64,000 nucleotides of DNA from Mobula hypostoma (GCF_963921235.1 NC_086097.1:2976001-3040000); one strand, 5' to 3'; numbered from the stretch's first letter, positions 47,653 to 62,274 are shown. Translations and numbers: made by a program. Notes: a model not told the origin generated them from the sequence alone.

Positions 47653-49683
47653 GTAAAATGAATAAAATTGAATTGATACATTATCATTAACTGTCAGAAA
47701 TGTAACATTAATATCAACAATATTTCTCCTTGTGGAATGTTGTTTATCTATATTTATAGTTTTTAGCAAAGTAGAATCAAACAGCTGTGTGAGCAAAATT
47801 GCATTTATTTCAGTAAAAGTTGTTGCAAGTGGACTGTTGAGACTCTTTGTGAAGTGATAGTCTATAAATCAGGCTGTGTAGAAATAATTTCAGATTCTCA
47901 TTTTCTGTGTTACTTTGATCTGATGCTACCTTGCACTGGCTTGTGGTCACGTAGACAACTAACACGCAATATCGACCCCGAACAACGGGGGACCTCAGGT
48001 TGTTCTTGCAGTTATGTAACACTCTTCAAAATAGAGATTGAGTAGAATGGCACTAAAGGCACTAAAGCAGGGGTTTCCAACCTGGGGTCCACAGAGTCAG
48101 AATGGACAGCACATACGGTACTCAAGGTGTTGTATCTAAATGCGCGTAGTATAAGAAATAAGGTGGATGTTCTTGTTGCAATATTACAGATTGCCAGGTA
48201 TGATGCTGTGGCCATCACTGAATCGTGGCTGAAGGATGGTTGTAGTTGGGAGCTGGATGTCCAAGGTTACACGTTATATTGGAGAAACAGGAAGATAGGC
48301 GGAGGGGATGGTGTGGCTCGACTGATAAAGAATGGCGTCAAATCAGTAGAAAGATATGACAATAGGATCAAAGGATGTTGAATCCTTGTGGGTAGAGTTA
48401 CATAGAAACAGAAAACCTACAGCACAATACAATGCTGTGCTGAACATGTACTTACTTTAGAAATTACCGAGGGTTATTCTTCGCCCTTTATTTTTCTAAG
48501 CTCCATGTACATAGAACATAGAATAGTACAGCACAGTACAGGCCCTTCGGCCCACAATGTTGTGCTGACCCTTAAACCCTGCCTCCTATATAAACCCCCA
48601 CTTTAAATTCCTCCATATACCTGTCTAGTAGTCTCTTAAATTTCAGTAATGTATTTGCCTCCACCACTGACTCAGGCAGTGCATTCTACGCACCAACCAC
48701 TCTCTGAGTAAAAAACCTTCCTCTAATATCCCCCTTGAACTTCCCACCCCTTGCCTTAAAGCCATGTCCTCTTGTATTGAGCATAGGTGCCCTGGGGAAG
48801 AGGCACTGGCTATCCACTCTATCTATTCCTCTTAATATCTTGTACACCTCTATCATGTCTCCTCTCATCCTCCTTCTCTCCAAAGAGTAAAGCCCTAGCT
48901 CCCTCAATCTCTGATCATAATGCATACTCTCTAAACCAGGCAGCATCCTGGTAAATCTCCTCTATACCCTTTCCAATGCTTCCACATCCTTCCTATAGTG
49001 AGGTGACCGGAACTGGACACAGTACTCCAAGTGTGGCCTAACCAGAGTTTTATAGAGCTGCATCATTACCTTGCAACTCTTGAACTCTATCCCTCGACTT
49101 ATGAAAGCTAACACTCCATAAACTTTCTTAACTACCCTATCTACCTGTGAGGCAACTTTCAGTGATCTGTGGACATGTACCTCCAGATCCCTCCGCTCCT
49201 CCACACTGCCAAGTATCCTGCCATTACTTTGTACTCTGCCTTGGAGTTTGTCCTTCCAAAGTGTACCACCTCACACTTCTCCGGGTTGAACTCCATCTGC
49301 CACTTCTCAGCCCACTTCTGCATCCTATCAATGTCTCTGTGCAATCTTCGTCAATCCTCTGCACTATCCACAACACCACCGACCTTTGTATCATCTGCAA
49401 ACTTGCCAACCCACCCTTCTACCCCCACATTCATGTTGTTAATAAAAATTACGAAAAATAGAGGTCCCAGAACCGATCCTTGTGGGACATCACTAGTCAC
49501 AACCCTCCAATCTGAATGTACTCCCTCCACCATGACCCTCTGCTTTCTGCAGGCAAGCCAATTCTGAATCCACCTGACCAAACTTCCCTGGATCCCATGC
49601 CTTCTGACTTTCTGAATAAGTCTACTGTGTGGAACCTTGTCAAATGCCTTACTAAAATCCATGTAGACCACATCCACTGCACT

Positions 49684-51243
49684 CATCATAATCATCATCA
49701 TCATCAGGTGCCATGCCCAGTTTGAGCTTTGACTGCCATGGCCCACATACTCATTTTTCGGGTCAAGTGGATCAATTCATTGGTATTCATTTCCAGTTCT
49801 CTGGCTGCTGTCTCCATCATCATTTGTCTTTGTCTTCCTCTTGCTTTCTTCCTTTCGATCTTTCCCATAATTACCGTGCATTCTAACTCCTCTTTCCTAA
49901 TCACATGTCCACTGAAGTTACGTTGCCTTTTCATGATCTCATACATTATTTCTCTTTTTGTGTTTGCTCTGTTCATGACATCCTTGTTAGATATTCGTTT
50001 CATCCATGATATTCTTCGCATCCTCCTCAAAAGCAACATCTCTGCTGCTTCAATTTGTTTCCTCATGTTACTAGATATTGCCCAATATTCTGAGCCATAT
50101 AACATAACTGGATAAACGTAACATTTCAGTACTCTGAGGCGGGTTGTCATGCCTAGTTTAGTATTGGTCAGTATACTCTTCATTCTCGTAAAGGTGTCTT
50201 TTGCCATCCCTATTCTTCTTTTGATGTCCAAGTCGCACCTGCCATCTGATGTCACCCAGCTTCCTAAGTAGCAGAAGGTCTTTACTTGTTTTATGTCTTC
50301 CCTGTTTATTCTCAGCCTGTAGATAGGATTCTCCTTCTTTTTGGATATCACCATATATTCCGTCTTTTTGCAGTTGATAGATAGACCCATCTTTGACTTT
50401 CTTCAACAATTACATCAATTAAGTTTTGTAGTTCTTCCTCCGTACTTGCAATTAACACAGTGTCATCTGCATATCTGAAATTATTGACGTTTTCACTGCC
50501 GACTTTGATTCCCAAGATCTCTTATTTTTTGTAATATTGTTTCACTGTACACATTAAATAAATCAGGGGAGAAAACACACCCTTGTCTAACCGCTCTCTT
50601 GATTTTGGTAAACTGACTCACTTCTCCATCTATTCTTACAGTGGCAGTTTGTTCCCAGTACAGATTTCTGATTAGGCAGAGGTCTTACGAATCTAGATCT
50701 AGCATTTTCTGTAATATTTCAAATAACTTCTTGTACTTCACTTTATCAAATGCTTTTGTGTAGTCAATAGAACAAACAAACAAATCTTTTTGCACTTGAA
50801 TATCGTTCTGATAGTATCCTTAACATCAATATTGCATTGCTTTGTCTTTCACAAAACCACATTGTTCTTTGCCTCTTTCAGCTTGTATCTTACTTTTAGC
50901 TCTTGTCATCAAAATTCTTAGAAGTATCTTGGTGATATGACGCAGTAAACTTATGGTCCAATGTAATTCACATTCTATTGCTCCAGCTTTCTTAGGAAGA
51001 GTGATAAATACTGATTTTTTTCATCCCTTCTGGTACTATTCCAGTCTCATAAATGTCATTGATTAAATCAGTAAGTTTTTGAATTCCATAATCTTCAAGG
51101 GCAATAATTTGTTTTATCACTAATTCATCAGGACCTGCTGCCTTTCCTTTCTTCATCTTATTTATTGCATTACGAACTTCAGATTTTAAAATACTTGGAC
51201 CTTGAATGTTTTTCTTAATTTCTGGTTTTTTGCCTCGATCGTC
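49684..51243 (-). mobile_element. RTE-clade LINE, 5'-truncated, with 11-bp TSD
   Basis: TSD tccactgcact at 49673-49683 and 51244-51254; NFRYADDTVL, GLSINCKKTEYM, FCYLGS, MLYGSEYW, GKIERKKARGRQR; (TGA)n tail. Confidence 0.92.
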
Positions 51244-52532
51244 TCCACTGCACTACCCTCATCTCTATGTCTGGTCACCTCCTCAAAGAACTCTATCAGG
51301 CTTGTTAGACACAATCTGCCCTTCACAAAGCCATGCTGACTGTCCCTGATCAGACCATGTTACTCTAAATGCCCATAGATCCTATCTCTAAGAATCTTTT
51401 CCAACAGCTTTCCCACCACAGACGTAAGGCTCACTGGTCTATAATTACCCGGACTATCCTTACAACCTTTTTTGAACAAGGGGAAACATTCGCCTCCCTC
51501 CAATCCTCCAGTACCATTCCCGTGGATAACGAGGACATAAAGATCTTAGCCAGAGGCTCAGCAATCTCTTCTCTCGCCTCGTGGAGCAGCCTGGGGAATA
51601 TTTCGTCAGGCCCCGGGGACTTATCCGTCCCAATGTATTTTAACAACTCCAACACCTCCTCTCCCTTAATATCAACATGCTCCAGAACATCAACCTCACT
51701 CATATTGTCCTCACCGTCATCAAGTTCCCTCTCATTGGTGAATACCGAAGAGAAGTATTCATTGAGGACCTTGCTCACTTCCACAGCCTCCAGGCACATT
51801 TTCCCACCTTTATCTCTAATCGGTCCTACCTTCACTCCTGTCATCCTTTTGTTCTTCACATAATTGAAGAATGCCTTGGGGTTTTCCTTTACCTTACTCA
51901 CCAAGGCCTTCTCATGCCCCCTTCTTGCTCTCCTCAGCCCCTTCTTAAGCTCCTTTCTTGCTACCCTATATTCCCCAATAGACCCATCTGATCCTTGCTT
52001 CCTAAACCTCATGTATGCTGCCTTCTTCCACCTGACTCGATTTTCTACCTCACTTGTGACCCATGGTTCCTTCACCCTACCATTCTTTATCCTCGTCATT
52101 GGGACAAATTTATCCCTTACATCCCGCAAGAGATCTCTAAACATCGACCACATGTCCATAGTACATTTCCCTGCAAAAACATCATCCCAATTCACACCCG
52201 CAAGTTCTAGCCTTATAGCCTCATAATTTGCCCTTCCCCAATTAAAAATTTTCCTGTCCTCTCGGATTCTATCCTTTTCCATGATAATGCTAAACACCAG
52301 GGAGTGGTGGTCACTGTCCCCCAGATGCTCACCCACTGAGAGATCTGTGACCTGACCCAGTTCGTTACCTAATACTAGATCTAGTATGGCATTCCCCATA
52401 GTTGGCCTGTCAACATACTGTGACAGGAATCCATCCTGGACACACTTAACAAACTCTGCCCCGTCAAACCATTGGAACTAACCAGGTGCCAATCAATATT
52501 AGGGAAGTTAAAGTCACCCATGATAACAACCC

Positions 52533-52639
52533 AAACACGAGGAAATCTGCAGATGCTGGAATTTCAAGCAACACACATAAAAGTTGCTGGTGAACGCTGC
52601 CTGGCCTGCTGCGTTCACCAGCAACTTTTATGTGTGTTG
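52533..52639. mobile_element. 107-bp Penelope-derived fold-back insertion with 14-bp TSD
   Basis: TSD catgataacaaccc at 52519-52532 and 52640-52653; sequence matches the PLE terminus at 19323 and 20180-20230. Confidence 0.85.
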
Positions 52640-53144
52640 CATGATAACAACCCTGTTATTTTTGCACCTTTCCAAAATCTGCCTCCCAATCTGCTCCTTG
52701 GTATCTCTGCTGCTACCAGGGGGCCTATAGAATACTCCCAATGGAGTAATTGCTCCCTTCCTGTTCCTGACTTCCACCCATACTGACTCAGAAGAGGATC
52801 CTGCTACATTACCCACCCTTTCTGTAGCTGTAAAAGTATCCCTGACCAGTAATGCCACCCCTCCTCCCCTTTCCCCCTCTTCTCTCTCTCTTTTAAAGCA
52901 CTGAAATCCAGGAATATTGAGAATCCATTCCTGCCGTGGTGCCAGCCAAGTCTCTGTAATGGCCACTACATCATAATTCCATGTATGTATCCGAGCTCTC
53001 AGTTCATCACCTTTGTTCCTGATGCTTCTTGCATTGAGGTGCACACACTTCAGCCCTTCTGCCTTACTGTCTTTACACCGTTTATTCTGCTTCTCTTTCC
53101 TCAAAGCCTCTCTGTATGTTAGATCTGGCTTTACTCCATGCACT

Positions 53145-54510
53145 ATACTTGAATGTACCTATCCAAGAGTCTCTTAAAAGTCCCCATTGTATCTTCCTCC
53201 ACCATAGTTGCTGGCAGCCCATTCCATGCACTTACCACTCTCTGGTTAAAAAACTTACCCCTGACATGCCCTCTGAATCTCGTTCCAAGCACCTTAAAAT
53301 GGTGCCCTCTTGTGTTAGGTAGTTCAGCACTGGGAAAAAGCCTCTGACTATCCACACGATCAATGACTCTCATCATCTTATATACCTCTATCAGGTCACC
53401 TCTCATCCTCCGTCGCTCCAAGGAGAAAAGGCCAAGTTCACTCAACCTATTCTCATAAGGCATGCTCCCCAATCCAGGCAACATCCTTGTAAATCTCCTC
53501 TGCACCCTTTCTATAGTTACCACATCTTTCCTCTAGTGAGGTGACCACAGTACTCCCAAGTGGCGTCTGACCAGGGTCCTGTATAAGCTGTAACATTACC
53601 TCTCAGCTCTTGAACTCAATCCCACATTGATGAAGGTAGAGCAGTAGATGTAGTGTATATGGATTTCAGCAAGGCATTTGATAAGATACTCCATGCAAGG
53701 TTTGTTGAGAAAGTAAGGAGACATGGATCCAAGGGGACATTGCTTTGTGGGTCCAGAATTGGCTTGCTCACTGAAGGTAAAGAGTGGTTGCAGACAGGTC
53801 ATATTCTGCATGGAGGTCAGTGACCAGTGGTGTGCCTCAGGGATCTGTTCTGGGACCCTTACTCTTCTGATTTTTATAAGTGACCTGGATGAGGAAGTGG
53901 AGGGATGGGTTAGTAAATTTGCTGATGGCACATAGGTTGGGGTTGTTGTGGATAGTGTGGGGGGCTGTCAGTGGTTGCAGCAGGACATCGATAGGATGCA
54001 AAACTGGGCTGAGAAGTGGCAGATGGAGTTCAACCCAGATAAGTGTGAGGTGGTTCATTTTGGTAGGTCAAATATGATGGCAGAATATAGTATTAATGGT
54101 AAGACTCTTGGCAGTGTGGAGGATCAGAAGGGGCTTGCGTTCTGAGTCTATAGGACACTCAAAGCTGCTGTGCAGATTGACTGTGGTTAAGAAAGCATAC
54201 GGTGCATTGGTCTTCAGCAATCGTGGATAGGTACATGGAGTTTAGAAAAATTGCAGGCTATGGTTAACCCTATGTAATTTCTAAAGTAAGTACATGTTTA
54301 GCACAGCATTTTGGGCTGAAGGGCCTGTATTGTGCTGTAGGGTTTCTATGTTTCCCATTATAGCACATGCCCTCTAATCCAGGCAACATCCTGGTAAACC
54401 TGTCCTGCGCCCTCTCCAAAGCCTTATCAGGGGCAACCAGACTATATGCAATACTACAGATGTGGCCTAACTAGAGCTTTATAAAGCTGCAGTATAGCTT
54501 CCTGTAGTTT
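53145..54510. mobile_element. Patchwork of CR1 fragments in both orientations
   Basis: Minus: VQRRFTRMLPG...QRVVSAWN (53143-53523); plus: VDVVYMDFSKAFD...WVSKFADGT...WAEKWQMEFNPDKC (about 53625-54350). Confidence 0.8.
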
Positions 54511-56046
54511 CATCAGATGTCATTCTGATAACTTTTCATTAGAATTGAATTAAACAATAATCATATAAGAATCATAATCTGCTGGTGCTCAAAATCTGCA
54601 GTTAAGAATGCTGCAAATCCTCAGGAGGTCTCATAACATCAGTGGAATAACTAATCTACACTTGGATTTGTACCTGGTGAGCCAAACTTGCCGGCCTGTG
54701 GCCTAGGGTGCTGGAATGTGATACTGGGATGGGAAGTTTTTCTCTATAGCACAAACGTGATGGTTCAAAAGACATCTTTTTTGTAAATGTTATTTGTTCC
54801 ACCGATCTTCTTCCACTGGTCTCTTAAATTTAAACAACTTCTCTCAAAAGTTAATTGGAAGCTCATCATTTTTGACCTATGCTCCTAAACAGTAGAACTC
54901 GATACCTAAAACTATAAAGGATGCAGACGCTGTTGACACTTTTAAACACCAACTCAAAACCTATTTATTTAACCTTGCTTTTAACTAACATCTTTTTGTC
55001 TTTGACTTGCATGTTTGCACTTTATCCCATTGTAAAGCACTCTGTATGAAAAGTGCTTTGTAAAGAAGTTATTATTAATGTTATTATTTTTAAAACATAT
55101 GAAACAGAGTCACCTTGGCAATAGTGGTAGTTACAATGTGACCATTGAATGTAGGCTATTTACATTATAATTCCACATGGAAATTTATAATATTTATCAT
55201 GACAGTATGATGTAAGAGGTTTTTAGTAAGTTATTGATTATTTACTACAGTGTCTGACTCAGACAACTCCAAGTGTAGATAGATAAATGCTGAGTAATTA
55301 GACTGGTTATGTTTATGTTTTACACACCCATTGTATCATCATTGGAGACTACCAACATGAATTCATTACGATTAATTTGGCACTATTTCCTCTTTGGGGT
55401 AAGTCCCATTGTACATTGTCTTACGTAAATTAAAACTTAAAAAAACTGTGGCCAGAAAACACATGAAAATTTGAAATCTTTATTATTTTCATTCAGAACA
55501 ATTGTGCAAGTGTCATGGCTTTCACTCTGTTAGCTATTAATGTAATCTAAAACTTTCCATAAAAATACTTATTGGTAATTAAACCCTGAAATCCATGTAT
55601 TTAGTTAACCAGATATGCAGGTCACAGAGACTAAAGAAATGAAATTCCAAAGTAACTAAATTACTCGAGCCAATCGACAAGGAGCTCAAAATGAATCCAT
55701 GATTTTGTGTCTTCATTTTTTGCTTCTCTTTAAACCTATTGCCTCAAAAGGGGCATTGGCAGCCAATAGCAGCTGACCAGAGGCCTCCAACCTGAGCTTA
55801 TAGAAGGTTGATCAGTACTGTGGTTTGCACTCTCACCCTTGACTTCATATGTATTCTAAATGAAGAGCCTTCCTCCCTGGAATGAGGTCTTTGGAGCTTC
55901 TGTTGGCATTTTTATAGCACTGGGTTTTTACAGTTTGGGTCTTCTTTCACAGCTGGGCTTGGGACCATCCGTGTGGAGTTCCATGATCTTGTGTGAAAAA
56001 AATTGAACATTGCATCCTGAATTCATTTCTGTTTTAATTGTTGCAG

Positions 56047-56204
56047 CTTGTGGAAAGTACTTAAGTCTGAATTCTCACAGCTTGCCTCTGTGGCGGTGCC
56101 ATTGTTTCTCCATGCACTTTCTCTTCCTCGTGGCGCTGACGTATTCTGGGGCATCGTTGACAGCAGCTTTAATAGCAAGGACTGGAAGATGAGATTTGAA
56201 GCTG
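56047..56204 (+). CDS. UNC79: UNC79 exon J (158 nt, phase 2-1)
   Basis: gttgcag|C TTG ... GCT G|gtaagt; LWKVLKSEFSQLASVAVPLFLHALSLPRGADVFWGIVDSSFNSKDWKMRFEA. Confidence 0.95.
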
Positions 56205-56949
56205 GTAAGTTAAAAACATTAAACATACAATGGAAATGATGTTATCTTTCCAGAATTTACTGGAACACTATAAACTTTTCAAGTTCATTCAGAACAAAAT
56301 GGCAAGGGTCTTTTTTTTAAATCCAATACTTTTATTTTAAAGCTATATTACAGAAATTATTGTTTGCCATCAAAATCAATGCTGCCATGATGTTTGTAAA
56401 TCATGTGATCTTGACTTTCTTTAAAATAACTGGTAAGTCAAAGCGATCTGAAACAGGAGAACTACTTTGCTTTCTAATGGTCTATATTGAAATAATTCAA
56501 TGTGCGGTCATCAATTAAACATTGACTTTGCAGTGAATTGACTGACGAGAGGATTACTGGCACCATCTCAAGGTGCAATTTACAAAGTTCCAGCACAACC
56601 TGATATAACTGTTGTCCATAGCAAGGATCCAAACTAGCTTCAGGCAATTTGAGATGAATGAATATATACAGAGAGGTGCCGGAGAAGACCCAGTAACATC
56701 ATAAAGGATCCCACCCATGCTGCTGGTGCATTGTTTGTTCTAATCTCATCAGGGAGGAGGCTACATAGCATCCACACCAGGACCACCAAACTCTAATACA
56801 GTTACTTTTCCCAAGCAGTAAGGCTGATCAACACCTCCACCCATGAACCACCCCACCACACACTCAACCACTCCTACTTTATGATGTTATGTCAGAGTCA
56901 CCTTATGTACAGACGCAGACACTCCTGTGCCTAGCCTCACTTATGGACA

Positions 56950-59535
56950 TAAGACCATAAGACCATAAGACATAGGAGCTGAATTAGGCCATCTGGCCCA
57001 TCGAGTCTGCTCCATCATTCAATCCTGGCTGATCCTTTTTTTTTTCTCCTCCTTTACCCCAGTTCCCGGCCTTCTCCCCGTAACCTTTGATGCCGTGTCT
57101 AATCAAGAACCTATCAATCTCTGCCTTAAATACACCCAACAACCTGTCCTCCACAGCTGCATGTGGCAACAAATTCCACAAATTCACCACCCTTTGGTGA
57201 AAGAAATTTCTCTGCATCCCTGTTTTGAAAGGGAGCCCCTCTATCCTGAGGCTGTGCCCTCTTGTCCTAGACTGTCCCACCATGGGAAACAATCTTTCCA
57301 CATCTACTTTGTCCAGGCCTTTCAAAATTCAAAAGGTTTCAATGAGATCCCCCCTCATCCTTCTGAATTCCAGCGAGTACAGACCCAGAACCATCAAACG
57401 TTCCTCGTATGATAACCCTTTCATTCCTGGAATCATCCTTGTGAACCTCCTCTGGACCCCCTCCAATGCCAGCACATCTTTTCTAAGATGAGAGGCCCAG
57501 AACTGTTCACAATACTCAAGGTGAGACCTCACCAGTGCCTTATAAATCCTCAGCATCACATCCCTGCTCTTGTATTCCAGACCTCTTGAAATGAATGCTA
57601 ACATGGCATTTGCCTTCCTCACTACCGACTCAACCTGCAAGTTAATTTTAAGGGTGTTCTGCACAAGGACTCCCAAGTCCCTCTGCATCTCAGATTTCTG
57701 AATTTTCTCTCTGTTTAGAAAATAGTCCGCACATTTATTTCCACTACCAAAGTGCAAAGAGACTCATTCCACCAAGATGCAACACAGAGCGTCATAGGAA
57801 GTCATTCGTGCCTGTGGCCATCAAATTTTACTACTCTTCCCTTGGAGGGTCAGACACCCTGAGCCAATAGGCTGGTCCTGGACTTATTTCCTGGCATAAT
57901 TTACATATTACTATGTAATTATTTATAGTTTTATTACTATTTAATTATTTACGGTGCAACTATAACGAAAACCAATTTTTCCCGGGGTCAATAAAGTATG
58001 ACTATGACTATGCATGACCATGCGTTTTCCAACATTGTATTTCATTTGCCACTTTCTTGCCCATTACTCTAATCAGTCTAAGTCCTTCTGCATCCTACCT
58101 GTTTCCTCAACAATACCTGCCCCTCCATCAATCCCCATATCATCTGCAAACTTGGCAACAATTCCATCGTCTAAATCATTTATATACAGCATAAAAAGAA
58201 GTGGTCCCAACATCAATCCCTTTAGAACACCACTAGTCAAGGGCAGCCAACCAGAAAAGGATCCTTTTATTCCCGCTTGCTGCCTCCTACCAATCAGACA
58301 GTGCTCTAACCATGTTAGTAACTTTCCTTGGGGTCTTAACTTGGTAAGCAGCCTTATGTGTGGCACCTTGTCAAAGGCCTTCTGAAAGTCCAAATGTAAA
58401 ACATCCACTGCATCCCCTTTATCTATCCTACTTGTAATCTCCTCAAAGAGTTCCAACAGATTCATCAGGCAGTATTTTCCCTGAAGGAAACCATGCTGAC
58501 TTTGTCCTATCTTGTCCTGTGTCACCAAGTACTCCATCACCTCATCCTTAACAATTGACTCTAACACCTTTCCAACCACTGAGGTCAGGCTAACTGGTCA
58601 ATAATTTCCTTTCTCCTGCCTTTCGCCTTTCTTAAAGAGTGGAGTGACATTTGCAATTTCCCAGTCCTCTGGCACCATGCCAGAGTCCAGTGATTTTTGA
58701 AAGATGATTACTAATGCCACCACAATCTTTAACGCTACCTCTTTCAGAACCCTAGGGTGCAGTTCATCTGGTCTGGCTGACTTATGTACTTATAGGTCTT
58801 TCAGCTTTTTGAGCACCTTCTCTCTTGTAAAAGTAACTGCACCCACTTCTCTCCCTTCACACACTACAACATCAGGCATACTGCTAGTATCTTCCACAGT
58901 GAAGACTGATGCAAAATACTCATTTAGTTCATCAGCCATCTCGTTGTCCCCTGCTATTATTTTTCCTGCCCCATTTTTTAGCGGTCCTATATCCACTCTC
59001 ATTTCTCTTTTATTTTTAACATACTGAAAAAACTTTTACTATCCACTTTGATAGTATTTGCTAGCTTGCTTTCATATTTCATCTTTTCTCTTCTAATCTT
59101 GCCTTACAGGATTTGCCTGATGCTGGCCCCCTAGGCCTGAGTTGATGTAGTAGTAATAGTCCCTTCTAATGATTTTCTTAGTTGCTCTCTGTAAGTTTTT
59201 AAAAACTTCCAAATCCTCTATCTTCCCGCTAATTTTTGCTTTGTTGTATGCCCTTTCTTTTGCTTTTACAATAGGTTTGACTTCCCTTGTCAGCCATGGT
59301 TGTGTTATTTTACTATTTGAGTATTTCTTCATTTTTGGAATACGTATGTCCTGCACCACCTTCATTTTCCCCAGAAATGCACACCATTGCTGCTTTGCTG
59401 ACATCCCTGCCAGCAGCTCCTTCCAATTTACTTTGGCCAACTCTTCTCTCATACCACTGTAATTTCCCTTACTCCACTTACATCAGACTTTACTTCCTCC
59501 CTATCAAATTTCAAGTTGAACTCAATCATATTGTA
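56950..59535 (-). mobile_element. CR1 LINE ORF2 and 3' UTR with nested small insertions (Rex/Babar 3' end at about 57758-58012; 62-bp insert at 59098-59159)
   Basis: LDFQKAFDKV, KFADD, LVRSHLEYC, QRVVNLWN; (cttatggt)n-type tail. Confidence 0.9.
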
Positions 59536-60774
59536 TACATATACATATCGTATTATATACATACAATCAGTCTATGTATACAAACTATCTTATGTATTTA
59601 TATATATGGTTTTTTTATTATTGTGTTTTTTTGTGTGGCATTGGATCCAAAGTAACAATTATTTCATTCCCCTTTACATTTGTGTTCTGGACTTCAGATT
59701 ATACAATATTGAATCTTGAATGCTGCTGAGAATTTTATTTCTCAGTGGAGATTGTGTGTAGTGCATTTCTCCTCTTTTATTTATGAACATTTATATCTGT
59801 CTGGAACACCTTTTTTACATTTTATAAATATATTCACAGCTCAGAATTGCATTTTCAGAGGGCTTACTGTACATCGATTATGAATGTTTGGAAATGCAAT
59901 ACAACCTGCGTTTAAATGCTGAAGCTATTCTCAATTTTGCACACACTAAACACAAACATAAGGTGATTATATATGCTGCATTTTTATGGTAGGTTTTTGC
60001 AAAAAAAAGTATAATGAATAAGTGGAATGGTATTGTTAAGTATAATGATATATAATAATGGTAACTATAATGAGAATGAATAAGTATAATGATACATTTT
60101 TACAATAAGTATAACACCTAATAATGATTGATAAAATTCTTTTTTCAAAATTACAGCCAAAAAATAGAAGTTTCAAACATTATAACATTAAATTAAAATC
60201 AAATTGGTAACTAAAATGTGGCTGGGTATTTATATATAAGCAACACTTCTTCTAAAATTAATTTTTTTGTGAATCCAGAAGCATTAAATGTATGTCTTAG
60301 CAATGATTATACAGGTTACACTTCTATTGTACAATATAGTACTTTATAACTTAAACCTTTAGGGTTCAAACTTCATGCAGAGGCTTCGTTCTGCTGTCAA
60401 TGATGGTGACAGAATTGAGACAGTGCTGCCATGTTGTAGAGATACTAGTTACTTTTTAAATAATTCACTTTGCATCTAAACTCCCCCCATGGCAGGCAGG
60501 AGTGTAAAATACAGTTAACTAACTTGCACAAAATGTATATAAATGCAAATATAATGACAAATAAAAGACTGAATTGTTAATTTTGAAGGAAAGTCTGCCT
60601 TCCTTATCATGTGTGATCTCATTGCAATTGACACTTATCACCTTGGTGGATCATTCAACATGGTTACAAATGTGGATGAAACAAGTTCACATTGATTTTC
60701 ATACTCTATCCAGACTTTGTAATGTTACCTTGCTGGAAACATTAGATCTTGCAAAGCTTTCTTGGTGAACGTAA

Positions 60775-62260
60775 GATCATAGCCCATAAGACATAGGAAC
60801 AGAATTATGCCATTCGAGCTATTAAGTCTGCTACACAATTCCATAATGGCTGTTTTATTATCCCTCTCTACCCTTCTGTTATGCCTTCTCCCTATAAGCT
60901 TTGACATGCTGACTAATCATAAGACCATAAGAAATAGAAGCATAATGAGACCATTCAGCCCATTGAGTCTGCCCCACCATCCCATCATGGCTGATCCCTC
61001 ATCCCACTCAACCCCCTACACCTGCCTTCTCCACCATATACCTTGATGCCCTGACCAATCAGGAAATGATCAACTTCTGCCTTAAATATACCCACGGACT
61101 TGGCCTCCACCACAGTGCATTCCACAGATTCAATACTCTCTGGCTAAAAAAAAAATTCCTCCTTACCTCTGTTCTAAAAGGTCACCCCTCCATTTTGAGG
61201 CTGTGCTCTCTAGTTCTGTATACCCCCACCACAGGAAGCATTCTTTCCACATCCACCCTATCTCGTCCTTTCTACATTCGGTAGGTTCCAATGAGATACC
61301 ACCAAATTCTTCTAAATTCCAGTGAGTACAGACCCAAAGCTGCCAGACACTCCATATATGTTAACCCTTCATTCCTGGAATCATCCTTGTCAGCCTCCTC
61401 TGGACTCTTTCCAATGACAACACATCCTTTCTGAGATATGGCGCCCAAATTTGTTGACAATACTCCAAGTACAGCCTGACTAGTGTCTTTTAGGGCTCAG
61501 CAGTGTCTTCTTGCTTTCAGATTCTATTCCCCTTGAAATAAATGCCAACATTGCATTAGCCTTCTTTACACAGACTCAACCTGGAAGTCAACCTTGGAGT
61601 CTTGCACGAGGACTCCTAACTCCCTCTGCACCTCTGATGTTTGAACCTTTTTCCCATTAGATAGTCGTCCACACTACTGTTCCTTTTATACATTTCCCAA
61701 CACTGTATTCCATCTGCCACCTTTTTGCCCATTCTTCCAAATTGTCTAAGTTCTGCTGCAATCGCATTGCTTCCTCAGCACTACCTACCCTCCACCTATC
61801 TTTGTATCATCCGCAAATTTTGCCACAAAGCCATCAATTCCATTATCCAAATCATTGACAAACAATGTGAAAAGTAGCGGTCCCAGTAATGATCCCTGAG
61901 GAACACCACTAGTCACTGGCAGTCAAGGCCCTTTTCATTCCCACTTGCTGTCTCCTGCCTGAAAGCCATTCCTCTATCCATGCCAGTATCTTTCCTGTAA
62001 TGCTATAGGATTTTACCTTGTTAAGCAGCCTCATGTGTGGCACCTTACCAAACGCCTTCTGGATGTCCAAGTAAATGTCATCCATTGCTTCTCCTTCCTC
62101 CACCCTGCTTGTTACTTCCTTGAAAAACTCTAACGGATTTGTCAGGCAAGATTTCCCATTACAGAAACCTTGCTGACTTTGACTTACTTTATCATTAGTC
62201 TGTAAATACCCCAAAACCTCACACGTAATAATAGACTCCAACACCTTCCCAACCACTAAT
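60775..62260 (-). mobile_element. Decayed CR1 3' parts
   Basis: VVGKVLESII...GKSCLTNPLEFF...IYLDIQKAF; two CR1 3' UTRs. Confidence 0.8.
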
Positions 62261-62274
62261 AACAAATAAGGATT

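Larger units (their letters stand above)
48508..53143 (-). mobile_element. Near-complete CR1 ORF2 (APE + RT) interrupted by an RTE LINE and a PLE mini-insertion
   Basis: HLNARSIRNK, ITETWL, FYRPP, LDLVL, GDSDH, KSPGPD, FADDTK, LVRPHLEYC; (tatgttc)-type tail at about 48508-48525. Confidence 0.92.

Noticed and set aside
59746..59786. Possible next UNC79 exon (ttctcag|TG GAG, phase-compatible, starting V-E)
   Set aside because: Stops after about 13 codons and does not resemble the downstream UNC79 sequence as I recall it; the next exon probably lies beyond the window.
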